DNA from: Vicugna vicugna
Taxonomy: Eukaryota
Direction: 5' to 3'
Assembly: GCA_013265495.1 (NCBI GenBank)
Contig: MU058451.1
Location: 2,227,305 to 2,291,304 of the forward strand
DNA length: 64,000 bases
The stretch's first letter is position 1. The number at the start of each line of letters is the position of its first letter. Positions 1-12,070 of the stretch are shown in pieces. A model generated the notes under the pieces. That model was not told the DNA's origin. It saw only the letters and a list, made by a program, of their open reading frames with translations, and ran no database searches. A program made the position numbers and the translations under genes.

Positions 1-1484
1 AAAAAAAAATTTGTGCCATAATTTTAAATACTATCACAAGAAAATACTTTATTAATGTGATATCTTGACTGATCTTTAGATTTTTCTAAATTGTTTTTCT
101 AAAGATTCACTTATTAGATCCTCAAAATGCATGCTTTTGGCAACATGATTTCAATCAGTGTAATCAAAATAAAGTTAGTTGCTCTTAGCAAATGTAAGAT
201 CACAAATAACTTTTCATAATTTTTAATTCTGAGGACTTTTCTGATGCCACTTTTATTGGAATTGTTAAGAGTATTTTATAGTCTCTGACAACATTGGGAT
301 TAATTGTTGACAAATTATTTTGAATAAAAATTTTAGTACATCTAGAGTTGACAATTCTTGCAAAACAAATTTTCTAAAAAGCTTTAACTCCTCATACAAA
401 TCAGTTTTGTGTAAGTCTGAATTTAGTTTCGTTTTATTTATTTATTATATTTTTTTAGAGGAAGTAGTGGGGAATTGAACCCAGGGCCTCATGCATGCCA
501 AGCATGCACTCTACCACTTGAGCCGCAGCCTCCCCCTCTGGACTTGGTTTTAAATGCAAACATACAATGACATTTTGATGTTTTCCTCTGATACTTCCTA
601 TAACTTGTTGAGGTCATACAGGAAACTGAAAGTGGTCTCATGATTTGTGCACAATTCAGACCATGCCTGTTTATACATTCTGTCACTATATCCTCAAACA
701 CAAAGAAAAATTAATCGTAAAATTACCTTCCTTGTTAATAATTGGTTCATCTAAAGCTTCGTATGAAAAGAATGTTTTTTTCCCATCAAATACGGCAATT
801 AAAAATTTTTAACTTCTGTCTCTAACCCTGTGGCTATTTACTTTGCAATGTGGCAGCAGTTTTAAAAACTGGAGATTTTGAATTCTTTGAAGAATTCTAA
901 CAATTTCCTAATGTGCTTTACTGTGACGTCTGTGTGTGTGTGTGGCTTTTATTTTGTAATAACTTACCAAGCACCAGCAGTTCCCATCCTGGCTCTCAGG
1001 CGGGAGAATCTAAATGAGATTAGATTCACTGTGTTAATATTTGTATGAATGCTGCAGGAATGCAGACAACCCAGCTTCCTACCCCATGGGGAGCTTTTTC
1101 CCTCTCCCAGGGAGCAGCCACTGCCACCATAGTTGCTGCTTTTTTTGCCATGACTGCTGCAATCACCACCACCAGTCTTCACGGTGCCCGGCACTCTCCC
1201 AGGTGAGGACGTGGGCAGGGCACCCAGGCCAACTGCTCAGGGCACACACTTCCCTCACAGCTGAGCCCATGTGTGTACACGCTGCCGCCCAGTGCATCTC
1301 CTCCACACGTGCACATGCTCCATTGCCCCATCAAACTTCTCATACAAAACCAAGTTCGAAAATAACATTAATAAGAATTTCAAGACAGCAGCCACAGTAG
1401 ACCATTAAACCAAGCAAGGGCCCCTTCTGAGAGAGGAGCCCTGTGCACCTACCTGCACAGGTCACTCGCCGTAAAGCCACCCTG
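1..1484 (-). mobile_element. Degraded hAT-Tip100 (Zaphod-like) DNA transposon fossil, interrupted by a SINE
   Basis: Minus-strand translation of ~200-301 gives YPNVVRDYKILLTIPIKVASEKSSELKIMKSYL*S, resembling the hAT C-terminal dimerisation motif (YRILLTIPVTVASAERSFSKLK.IK.YLRS). A CAGGG-type terminus is at ~1480-1484. The subfamily call is from memory. Confidence 0.65.
436..536 (-). mobile_element. tRNA-derived SINE (vic-1-like)
   Basis: Reverse complement reads GGGGGAGGCTGCGGCTCAAGTGGTAGAGTGCATGCTTGGCATGCATGAGGCCCTGGGTTCAATTCCCC, with A/B boxes and an A-rich tail. Confidence 0.85.
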
Positions 1485-1839
1485 CATGTAAGCAGGGTTC
1501 CAGTGACCAGACACACCCCTGGGAGAGTTTGATTCAGGAGTGAGCTGAGCAGAGAGACAGGTGGGGCAGGGAGGCTTCTGTTTTGCCATCACGGTTGCCA
1601 ATGGAGGCAGTTTGTTTCTGGGGTAGACGGTATTTCCACACCACTGCAAACAGAATGGTGGATGGAGGCAGCAATGCCTCCATTAAGTCAATGAGAAAGA
1701 ATCATTGTGAGAGGTATTCCTGGAAATGTTCCCCAGAGCCCATTTCTCAAGATCCTCTGGGGTCCTATGAGCCACTTAGTGTCTCTTCAGTTGATCTCTT
1801 GCTGCTTAAACTAGGTCGAGAGAATTCCTGTTTGCAACT

Positions 1840-1975
1840 AAGAAGTAAGTATTTTCTCCGTTTTACAGACGAAGAGACTAGGGTTCAGACAGAACTTGTC
1901 TATGGCCATAGAACTAGTGAATGGTACAGTAAGGATTCAGACCTGAATCCTGGGCTTGTAGCTACTACACTGCAC
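1840..1975 (-). mobile_element. MIR fragment
   Basis: Core-like 'ttctccgttttacagacgaagagactagggttcaga...ggattcagacc'. Confidence 0.6.
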
Positions 1976-2089
1976 CAATTCTTCACGCAGCATCAGAGAG
2001 CTCACTAAATCATCCTTCGTACTGCATCACAATTTGGTACTGAATATCCATCACTTTTTTCCTCGGGCGACTGTCTCTTCTGCACTCAG

Positions 2090-2490
2090 TGGCACTGTCA
2101 GTCAAGTGCCTTGACTCTCCAGTCAGTGGGAGGAATGTGATGTCGCCTGGGCCAATCAGAATATCCCATCTTCCTTAAACACAACCGTGGGCCCAGTGGT
2201 GGACTTTGGACTCAAGCAAGGTCATTCAGAGTCCACTCTGGAGGACAAATAAGCCTGCTGGGAAAGTGGGTCTCTCCTTCTGAGATCGTAATCACCATGT
2301 AAGTTCGTTGGGGCCATTTTTCTATCCAAACGGAGTAAGAAACTAACATAGAAAAAAAAGCAGAGCTGAAAGACACTCCTGGTCATGTCATTTGGACCCC
2401 TGGATCTAGCCATTCTTGAGGTCTAATAAGTGAGCCAATAAATTATTTTTACCTATGCTAGTTTAAGTTGATTTTTCTGTCTCTAAACAT
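2090..2490 (+). mobile_element. MaLR (MLT1-type) LTR remnant
   Basis: Typical 'ggccaatcaga...gccaataaatt...gttgatttttctgtc' layout; boundaries approximate. Confidence 0.55.
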
Positions 2491-3189
2491 AAAGAAAAAA
2501 AAACCCCTTCAAAGCTACTTCATGTAGCAGAAGGGGCAGCAGACTTGAGTCATACTCTCTGGCCACCATCTGCTGCCTGACTCTGTAACTGTTTATCAAG
2601 ACTTCTACACTGACCCAGATAGCTTCTCACCAGGGACCATTTCTCTCCCATTATTTATTTTCCATTTCTGTTCACAATGGAGGTCACACTGATCAGGAAT
2701 TACTGCTACAACCATCTGCTCTCCATATAATTCATGCATCTTTCCTTCTCTGTGCACTCGCTCCCTGGCCGTGCTGACTCTCAAGTAAAAGGCATTGTCT
2801 ACCCTTGTCAGAGACAGAGGAAGGTATGGAGAGCCTCCCTTTAGATTCTAGGCTGCCTATTCAGCATCTAGTCGCACCAGAAACAACATGAAATCCCGTG
2901 GATGATGTGATTCATTATAGACAGTGTGATTTGGTTAAAACCAGTGTCTGGATTTCTTCAGATACATAAACTAAAAGGTACTAAAAGGAACCATGGAGGT
3001 GATCTCTTTCAGGGTCAGTGAAGTGTAGGTGGCTCTCACTGGGATACGAGAGATGGCTTCATAGGAACATGGGCATGGAATTAAATAGCACAGAATCAGA
3101 AGCACACCCATCTTCCCCAAGTCTATTAAATGGAACCATCAGCCAACCAGGAACTGAGGGTCAGTCTCTTAAGGAACTAGCCTGCATCC

Positions 3190-3670
3190 TTCCAGAATGT
3201 CAATGTTATGAGATGCAAAGAAGGGCTGAGGAACTGTTCCAGGTTAAAGAAGACGAAAGAGAAATGATCACTAAATGCAACACATGATCTGAACTGGGTT
3301 CCTGCACTGGGGGAGAAAATGTCATGTCATTATTGGGTCAACGGACAAAATCAAATTACAGCCCAGAGTTAGATAGAAGTATTGCATCCATGTTAAATTT
3401 CCTGAATATGGTTATGTTACTGTGGTTACATCCAGAGAACATCCTTCTTTTTCAGAAATACATGCTGAGGTATTAAAGGGTATGGTGTAAGGCACCTACT
3501 CAGTGGTTTGAAAACAAATATTATAAGTATATAGAGACAGTGAATTATAGAGCAAACGTGGCCAATATGCAAAACTGGCAAATGCGGATAAAAGCTCGAC
3601 TGGAGTTCCTTTGCACTATTCTTACACCTTTTTTGTAAGTTTGAAGTTATTCCAAAAAAGAAAGTTTTCT
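3190..3670 (+). mobile_element. Old L1 (L1MC/ME-type) 3' end
   Basis: 'actaaatgcaacacatgatctg...tgttaaatttcctga...tttgtaagtttgaagttattccaaaaaag' matches old L1 3'UTR phrasing. Confidence 0.6.
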
Positions 3671-6600
3671 AACAAAAGAGCAAGCCGGTCTTTCAAGTTT
3701 CTTTCAACCCTCATGATTACATCAAAGAGAAAGAATCCGCTTGAGACTAACATACCTTTAAGACTTTTCCAACACTTGCTAACCTCCCTTTTTAATAAAG
3801 AGAGAGCAAGCCTCAGGCTCAATCTTGGCAAGGAGCGGTTACCAGCTAGAATTTAATATCTTAGTTTTGTTTTCATTGTATTTACTTTCTATTTATGGCA
3901 AGTGGGGTAGTTTCCTTGCAGGGTGAGATACACAGTTACCTTTTAAAGAAATTTCTATAATTAGAAATGAGTTAATGCAAAAAAGCGTTTGTATTTCTTT
4001 TTAACGTAACATTAATAATTACTAATATAAAAGTGCAGGTAGCATTTGGAGGGTAAAGACATGACGTTTAAACACAACAAATTGCCTGACTTTCAGGAAA
4101 CACTAATGTTTCTATTCTCGGTCTGTATTCCAGGTCTATTCTCATGGCCTCATCGTACAGGAAGGGAAATTGAAATCTACAATTTGGATGGCTGGTCTAT
4201 GATCACAGGGTCCGCAGTGATGATGGCAGGGCAGGTGTACAGCGAACCCTCCCAATCATTGCCCCACCCATTCCTGTGCGACTCATGACACAAGAGTGCC
4301 AAGACCAGCTCTGCAATAAGAAACGCAGCTCAGGGTGGTACCACCTATTATTTACACGCATGCATGCAAACTAGTTAGCCACACTGCAAGTCAGGCAACT
4401 CACAGCCAAAGCAGCCCTCACTGCTGGCTTGGACCTTTGACCTTGAAACCGTCTTGTCTCTTCTCACTCCCCAAGTGGCCAATGGAACAGAATGAGTTGT
4501 TCTTACATAGTTTATGAACAAATTCAAACATTTTCTTTCAAAGGCAGTGATGTGATCCTAGAGTTTTGGAAGCATGAAATAACAGGCAGCTGAATCTTGT
4601 AAATGGTTTCAGAAATGGTCGAGGGAAGCAAAGCTGGGGAGTACATGTTCTGAGGCACTGGCCCTGTCTCCCAGAGCTCACACTCCAAATTCCGGGAGCT
4701 GACAGTTAAAGTAGTTCCTTTTTCTCTCATGTTCTCACTCAATGCTGTTTTTTTTCTAAATCTGTGGGTGGGTTTTATTTGCCGTTTGGTGAAAAATTAG
4801 AGGTACTGGAGTGAATCTTACTGTATGTGTCTGATCCAGTCCTTTCACGGCTGTCAGGGAATTCAACCTCATTGCCAACAGGCGAGTTTCCTCTGCCTGC
4901 AGGGGTCCCAGAGGAGGACATGTGACAGCTTCCTTGGTCTCATCTCAGGCTTGACTGCTCGGACTGGCGGGGCCACCTTCCTCCCATCGACTGAATCCAC
5001 TTGAGCACAAGTGTGTGCCTGCCCCTCTGTTCCCTCCTCTGTGGACAGCAAATGTCCTCCAGTCTTTGTAAGACAATCATCATGTGTTTGGAGGTGATCA
5101 CCCATCCTCCTCCTTGACTCTCTCTCCCTAAAGTGAACGCACCCAGTTTTTTCCATCTTCATGCTTAAAATAACAATTTCCAATCTATTCATCATCTTCG
5201 TGGCTCACCTCTGAGCCTTCGTGTTGTTTTTTCCTATCGCTCTAAAGTCACTGAGCTCCGAGCACAGTGCAGCGTTTTGAGGGTGTGTGCAGTCAGTGCG
5301 AAAATGCTCAACATTCCTGCTTCCTTGGGACGACTGAGCCTCTCCCCTGGTAGGTGGGTCCCTCTGGGCTCTGCTGGACTGAGCACATCTGTCTGGGGCC
5401 TTTGCTTGTTCAAGTTCCACCTCCACAGCATTTTAGGTAGGATGTAGTATGGGGGGGGCAGTACCTCAGAGACACAACCTGTAATTTCGTAAGTGGAAAG
5501 TCCAGTTTAGCACCAGCTCACTCAGTGGTTCTAGAGGACTACTAAAAAGTCAGCCAGGTCCTGAGGCTGCTCCCCTTAGAGAATTAAATTAACTAAGGGA
5601 AAATTAGGTGTCCAGGTCATTCTGGAACTTGACAAACTCTATCCAAGTAGCCTACTTATGGGAGGCTGTTATGTGGAATGATTTTAGGGACACTGGAAAA
5701 AATCGCAGAGATGCCTGCCTGCAGGAGAAATTCCACACTGTGCCTGAAAATTTCAACTTGCCAGACATATGTGGGACTCATTTAGCAATTCTGGGTAACA
5801 GTCTAGCCCTGCTTGCCTCGCCATAGTGTGGGAATGCACTGATACGGGGTGACAGCCTTTGAAAACTTTGAAAAGCAGAAAGAAGACAGAGCCAGGTGGG
5901 GGACAGAGCCGGTTTTTACCCGTCTGTGTCTGAGGCTGTCTCAGAACTGTCCCAGCACCTGACTGCCATGAGGCCAGTTCAAGGACCTGAAGGACCCACT
6001 TGCAAGGTTAAAGAGTCAGGCCTGGAATTCCCACATTCCTTCGAGATTAAAGGGGGTTGTCAAGTGGCTGCATATTAGACGATCTACTCAAATGGCAGGA
6101 AAATTATTCTCTAAACAGAGTTTTATGCTGCTCGTTGGAAGTCAGTGAGTCTAGACATCTCACTTTTCATGTAAGGAAATTGTAGCACAGAGAGAGTGAC
6201 TGGTCCAAGGTCAGGCAACAAGTAGTGGCAGAATCAGGACTAAAATTGACGTCCCTTTCCTTCCCCATTTTGACCCTCTTTGAAAATGCTAGGGTAGCAA
6301 ACCACTGAATAGAATGGGAGGAATTCCTACATCTCTCACTAGACATTTGTGATGGATGGGGGCTTGCCAACCGCCATTGTGTGGTTCTGCGCAGATGGCA
6401 GCTACAGGCTGGGTAAGTAGGAGGCAGGGTTGAACCTTGTGTGTGTGTACATTTCAACTCCTTTCTTTGCATTTTGGTTACATTTAACAACGTGTTACCT
6501 CTTCACGGAGTAGTTTATATCATTGCAGGATGCCAGGAATGACATCAACATCTCTTAAAACCTAATGTTTCACATTCTCAACTGTAAACATTAACATTGC

Positions 6601-7224
6601 TTCGTTTCCAGATATAAACTCAAAGTCATTCTGAAGTTGGATGGTTTCTTTCCAAGAAAGTTGGTGTTACTGTAATGAAATTTACCTAATTAATCTCCTT
6701 AAGGAGGGAAGGAGTCCAAGGATGACTTTTAATAAAGACCTTAACGTTTTTGCAAAGCAAGACAATCTGTGGATTCATTTTGGGAGAGACCATAACTTTC
6801 CAAATAAATCTTAGTAAAACTTTGCAGACGGGGTACTTGAGCTATTTCCCCATTTGGATGGTTTGCTTTCAGCCTTAATCAGCCCTGAGAAAACTTCTCT
6901 AGAACCTCTGGATGTATTTATACTCATCTGTGACCTTGGACCCCAATGTCCAGGGTCACTGTTCTTGGTGCCAAGAACTCATATGAAAAGTAAATTTGAA
7001 CGAGTCATTGATGGAAATTCTTGGCCTGCCATATTTCAAAGCCATCCCCTCCCTGGGCTTCACCTGCATGCTGTGTGCATGGACCTATCTTGATACCTGC
7101 ATCACATTTTGGTTGCACCAAGCAGTGAGGATGACGAACAGAGGCCACCACCCTCTGCCAGGGCCTTTGCCCTGAACCCCAGTGGAACCATCTACATGTA
7201 TATAACCAAGAATCTCTCCTTTCA

Positions 7225-7976
7225 GAGGGTGTGGGGAAAAGGGGACCTTCCTGCACTGTTGGTGGGAATGTACATTGGTGCAGCCACAATGGAGAACGTT
7301 ATGGAGGTTCCTTAAAAAACTAAAATCAGAGTTACCATGTGAACCAGCAATCCCACTCCTGGGCATATATCCAAAAAAGATGAAAATCCTAGTTCTAAAA
7401 GATATTTGGCCCCAAATGTTCACAGCAGCACTATTTATAATAGCCAAGACATGGAAACAAACTAAATGTCCAAGGACAGATGAATATAAGGAAGATGTGG
7501 TGCACATATATATGATGGAATACTACTCAGCCATAAACAAGAACGAGAGCTGCCATTTACAGCAACATGGATGGATGGAGAGATTATCATATTAAGTGAA
7601 GTAAGTCAGACAGAGAAAGACAGATATTATATGATATCACTTACATGTGGACTCTAAAAAAAATTACACAAATGAACTTATTTACAAATGGAAATAGACC
7701 CACAGACATAGAAAATAAACTTATGGTTACCAAAGAGAAAAGGGGGGGAGGGATAAATTGGGAATTTGGGATTAATAGATAATACTGTATATAAAATAGA
7801 TAAACAAGGACGTGCTGTACAGCACAGGGAACTATATTCAGTACCTTGTAATGATCTGTAATGGAAAAGGATCCAAAAAGAATATGTGTGTGTAACTGAA
7901 TCACTTTGCTGTACACCTGAAACATTATAAATCAAATATACTTCAATTTTAAAAATGTGAAACAAACAGACAAAAA
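7225..7976 (+). mobile_element. 5'-truncated L1 (end of ORF2 plus 3'UTR) with perfect 17-bp TSD
   Basis: ORF 7275-7595 (WRFLKKLKSELPCEPAIPLLGIYPK...MFTAALFIIAKTWKQ) is L1 ORF2 C-terminus. TSD AAGAATCTCTCCTTTCA at 7208-7224 and 7977-7993. Confidence 0.95.
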
Positions 7977-8849
7977 AAGAATCTCTCCTTTCAAAGGAGC
8001 ACAGAGTATAGGAAGCCACACTGGGGAACAGGAGAACATTCCTCGGTCTCCTGGCCCTGAGGTCAGGAGGACTGCAGAAGGGGTACCCGCAGGGAAGAGT
8101 CTTTGGAGAGACAGCCTCTGTGAAGGTGTCGAGGGAGTGGGGACATTTGTGAACCCTGGGACTTGGTTGGGGGTGGGGCGTCCAACAGGAATAAAGGGAA
8201 TCACTGGGCTGGAGTCTGGGGATATCAGAGCAGTCTGCTGCATGAGGGTATGCAAGGGTTCGCAAGGTTAGAGAGAACGCTTAGGAATGTGGCAGGAATC
8301 CAGTCTTCAAAATTGGGACAGCTGGTCACAGAGAGACAGACAGCCAAGGGTAACTCGGGCCTCAGCGCCCAAATACAGAGCTGGATCTGTGTAAGTCCTT
8401 ACTGATTCAGGACCTGACCAGACTGGGAAGCGAGGTGGGGCTGGGTTTACAGGTGGCAGGTTGGACGAAGGATGTCAAGGCAGGTAACTTGCCAGGCCTG
8501 ACACTCTTTCAGCAAAGAAGGCCATAAAGAGTCTCAGAAGGCTGGTGACCTGAGTAGAATTTTCAAGAACAGAATCTCTCCACCACTCCCTCACCCTATG
8601 CAGGAAAACAAATACCGTTTAGGCCTTGATATGGTAACATTCTGGCGTAATTCATCCTATGGCAGTCAGCCTGCGCTCTCTGCAATCTCCACTCCCCTTG
8701 TGAAGCGTCTGAAGTCTGGGACTGGGCTCAGCTTTTACTGGAATTTCTGGTCTCATCATTTGTGTCCGTGAGGGCAGATCTATTTCTGTAGATCAATTTC
8801 CAGCACAATGCTGGCACTCAGTGAATATTTGGTGACAGAACGGATAACT

Positions 8850-9235
8850 CTGGCAGATAGCGTTACTATGATCAAGTATTCACTTCCTCCTTCTTTATAA
8901 CCCAACCCTCTGGGCTTGGCCACGTGACTTGTTTTATGCAGTGCAAGTCAAGTAGGCATGACCCCTGGCATTTCCGAGCAGCGGATTGAAGTGAGAGCGT
9001 CTGGCTTGGCTCAGACTCTTGTGCTTTTCTGTTCTCTGCCTCAAGGCTGCAGGTTGCAGGTAGGGGTTGCTCCTGCAGCCTGAGTCCCAGACAGGAAGAT
9101 GCTAAAAGCCAACCCACAGTCAGCCCACAGCCTATCGCCGAGCTGTGGCCATTCCATAGCATGATGGAGAAGTGAATGTTTGCAAGCCACTGGATTTGGG
9201 AGCCGTTGCCATGACAAAAAGCCTGCGACTGGGGG
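8850..9235 (+). mobile_element. MaLR (MLT1-type) LTR remnant
   Basis: 'ggccacgtgacttgtttt...tgcagcctgagtcccaga...tgcaagccactggatttggg' are MLT1 hallmarks. Confidence 0.55.
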
Positions 9236-9989
9236 AGTGAGGTATCCCCTGTTTAATTTCCCCCACGTGCTGGCACCGCTGCCTTCAATTCCTCCATTTT
9301 GCCAAAGTTGAGAGCAGATGGCGAACCTATTTCCCTTGCCGCCCGTAGCATCTAGAGAGGGGCCTCTCTGCTGTTCTCTACAAGAGAAACACAGTTTCCT
9401 TCATCTCAGGGAAACCTAACGGTTAACTGTCAAGGCTGCTTACAGTGAAAAGCAGCCTGAAAGCGAGTTTACATATCACATTTTAAACATGCAGTTTTAA
9501 AATAAATACAAGCCTGAAGCTGGCTCCAGCCCCCTCCCTTTCTTCACCTGCCAGAAGCATGTTTTCTCCAGTTCTTCAAAAAGTCGGAGTGCTGTTCAGG
9601 GGCTGGAGGCGGAGTGCTGTCTGCAAGCGACCTGATTGAAAGCTCAGGGTCTTCTTCCTCCGTACCTGTCTTCGATTTGTCTTGGGAAGAACTCAGAATA
9701 TAAAATGTGTGTGGACTTTGCACACAAGGAAAGGCAGACCCAAAGAAATCCTGGAGACACTGTGCTCTGCTCGGTTCTCTTACTCCTCCCTGGAGCTGTC
9801 TATATTGCATTTAAACGTTTGATGAGAAGTGAAAAAAAATGCAGACAGATTTCTAAGATACTAAATAGCTAAACATTTGGAAACTAAACTAAATGGTTCA
9901 TATTTTTTATCAGACTCTGTAATGATATCCACCCTCCCAGTCTCAGCCTCCACCTATATGCTGATAATTGCAAATTCTACCTTGCCAAC

Positions 9990-11430
9990 CGTGACTTTTC
10001 TCACAAGGTGCAGATCCTTAGAGCCACCTGACTGTCCACGATGCTTCAAATGCAGTATATTTGAAATGAAATGTTGGTCATGACCTTTCTTTCCCTTCAT
10101 TTTCCGTATTGACTGCCGACACCTCATCTATGCTCTTGTCCAAGCCAGAAACTGGGGATCCTGTTGGCTGTTTCCTCTCCCTCAGCCCCTGTATTCATCT
10201 GATGATCAAGTCCTGGGGCACCACCCCAAAGCCTTTAGCTGGCTATAAGTCATTCATACCTGCCTATATAAATAAATGTCCTACTTGGAGTATCTCCGAA
10301 ATGGCCTTAAAACTCCTTTGCCCTATCCCCACTGAGGAGGAAAAAACTTTCCCCTGCCCTTCTAGGTTCTTCTGGCTGATCTAAGACTTAACTCAACATA
10401 CGACAGAGTAACAGGAGAAGACTAGATTTAATTTTGTATGTACAGGGACCCCCTACCTACATGACAAGACCACAGACAGAAAGGCAAAATGAGGTCTATA
10501 TGCCATCCTGAGCTAGGAATGGGATGGGGGCCTGGGGCTTCCAAGGACAGAGGGTCCTTCACAGGGCAAATGGGAGAAGTGCAAATGCTTAGTAATTAGA
10601 TGTTTGCCCTGCCATGCAGATGGGGCCACTTGGATAAAATTTTTCTTCGGTGATAACTCTTTTCTGGGAAAAATTCCCAATTTAAATTCTTGTAGGTAGC
10701 TCGGCAGTACTCTTCTCTGGAACCCGCAGGATCTCAACTGCCTTTAGCTCAAAATAATCCTCATGTCAAAGTGACACATTTAAGGGAGGCTCATTCTGAA
10801 CCTTATAGCCCTCAGCATCCCCCACCCTAATTGCATCTTGGCTATTGCAAACATCTCCTAACTGGTCTCTGCATCCAGTCTCGCTGCTGCCCCCCGACCT
10901 GTAGTCTGTCCTCAGACCAGAGTCCTCTTCCGACAACACAGATCTAACGGTCTGGTTCCCTCCCTGGAAAGCCCTCTGGGGCTTCCCGTCGGATATAGAG
11001 TAAAGCCCCACCTTTTGACTGGCTCATGGAGAACTTTGTGATGGACTCTGGGAGTTTTTCAGGCTCTTCTCTCAGAGTGTCCAAGCTCCAGGCATTTGAA
11101 CACACTGTGTTCTTTTTCCCTGGGGACGCTGTGTTTACCTAGGGGACCCCTGCTCATCCTCCATGACTCCACTCAAGGACCCTGTCCTCGGTGAAGGCTG
11201 TCCTGCTGACTCTACCCCTCAGAGATCTAGGCGGCTCCCCCACCCACCAACTGTCCAAACTCTGTAACTCTGTTCCAGCCCCAGTAGCATGGCTTCTCAT
11301 GGTGTGTTCACCTGTCTGCCTCCCTTGTCAAACTGTGAGTGACGTGAAGGTGGCAAACCAGCCCGAGTTATCACTCCAACTTCAGGTCCAGGCACACTGC
11401 ATCCACTCTGTGAACATCACAGAACAAATG
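9990..11430 (-). mobile_element. L2 remnant interrupted by an LTR
   Basis: L2-like 'ctcctaactggtctct...cagaccagagt...aaagccctctggggcttccc...tagagtaaagcccc' segments on both sides of 10333-10814. Confidence 0.5.
10333..10814 (-). mobile_element. Probable ERV solo LTR
   Basis: TGAGG...CCTCA inverted ends and LTR-like content; no clear TSD. Confidence 0.5.
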
Positions 11431-11849
11431 GAAGAAGGAATATAGGAGTAAGTCCTCTAGTCATAGCCTAAGTGTCCTTGAGTGGATAAGCGACTTAGCA
11501 TATTAACTTTCCTACCTGTATCCGAAAGTCAGAATGGGAATCAGCAGGGCAGGTTTTTTTCTGTTTTTTGTTTTTGTTTGTTTGTTTGTTTTTTAAAGCA
11601 CTGTTCTAAATAGAAGGACAAAAAATTATGTTATTCCAGCATTATTTTTGTAGGGACGGTGGCATTTGCTGGAGAACCAGACGTGAGAGTACATGCTGAC
11701 GGATAGGATTGGCATCCCAGTGCACTCATGTCAAGAGGGGTTATTAGGGAGGAAAGTGCTTAGAACCTAAGCTTTCCCTTTGTATTGAGAAAGCATAAAA
11801 GCTTATCTGGCAGAGCTCCCCAGCCTTCTCTTTTGTGAAGAGAATAGTC

Positions 11850-12070
11850 ACTAAGAGCATGAACTTTGGAGCCAAAATTCTCAAGATTTGAGTCTCAGCC
11901 CCAGCACTTGTTAGCTTTGTGACTTTAGGCAAGCAGCTTAATCTCTCTGTGCCTCAATTTCCCTGTCTGCAAAATTAGTATGTTCATAGAGCCTACCTAC
12001 CTCATAAGTTATTATAAGGATTAATTGAAATGAATGCAGATAAAGCACTTAATACTCGCGATAACACAAG
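11850..12070 (+). mobile_element. MIR
   Basis: 'tgtgactttaggcaagcagcttaatctctctgtgcctcaatttccctgtctgcaaaat' is the MIR core. Confidence 0.8.

Noticed and set aside
7275..8265. ORFs of 94-195 aa
   Set aside because: L1 ORF2 remnant and antisense L1 3'UTR translations.
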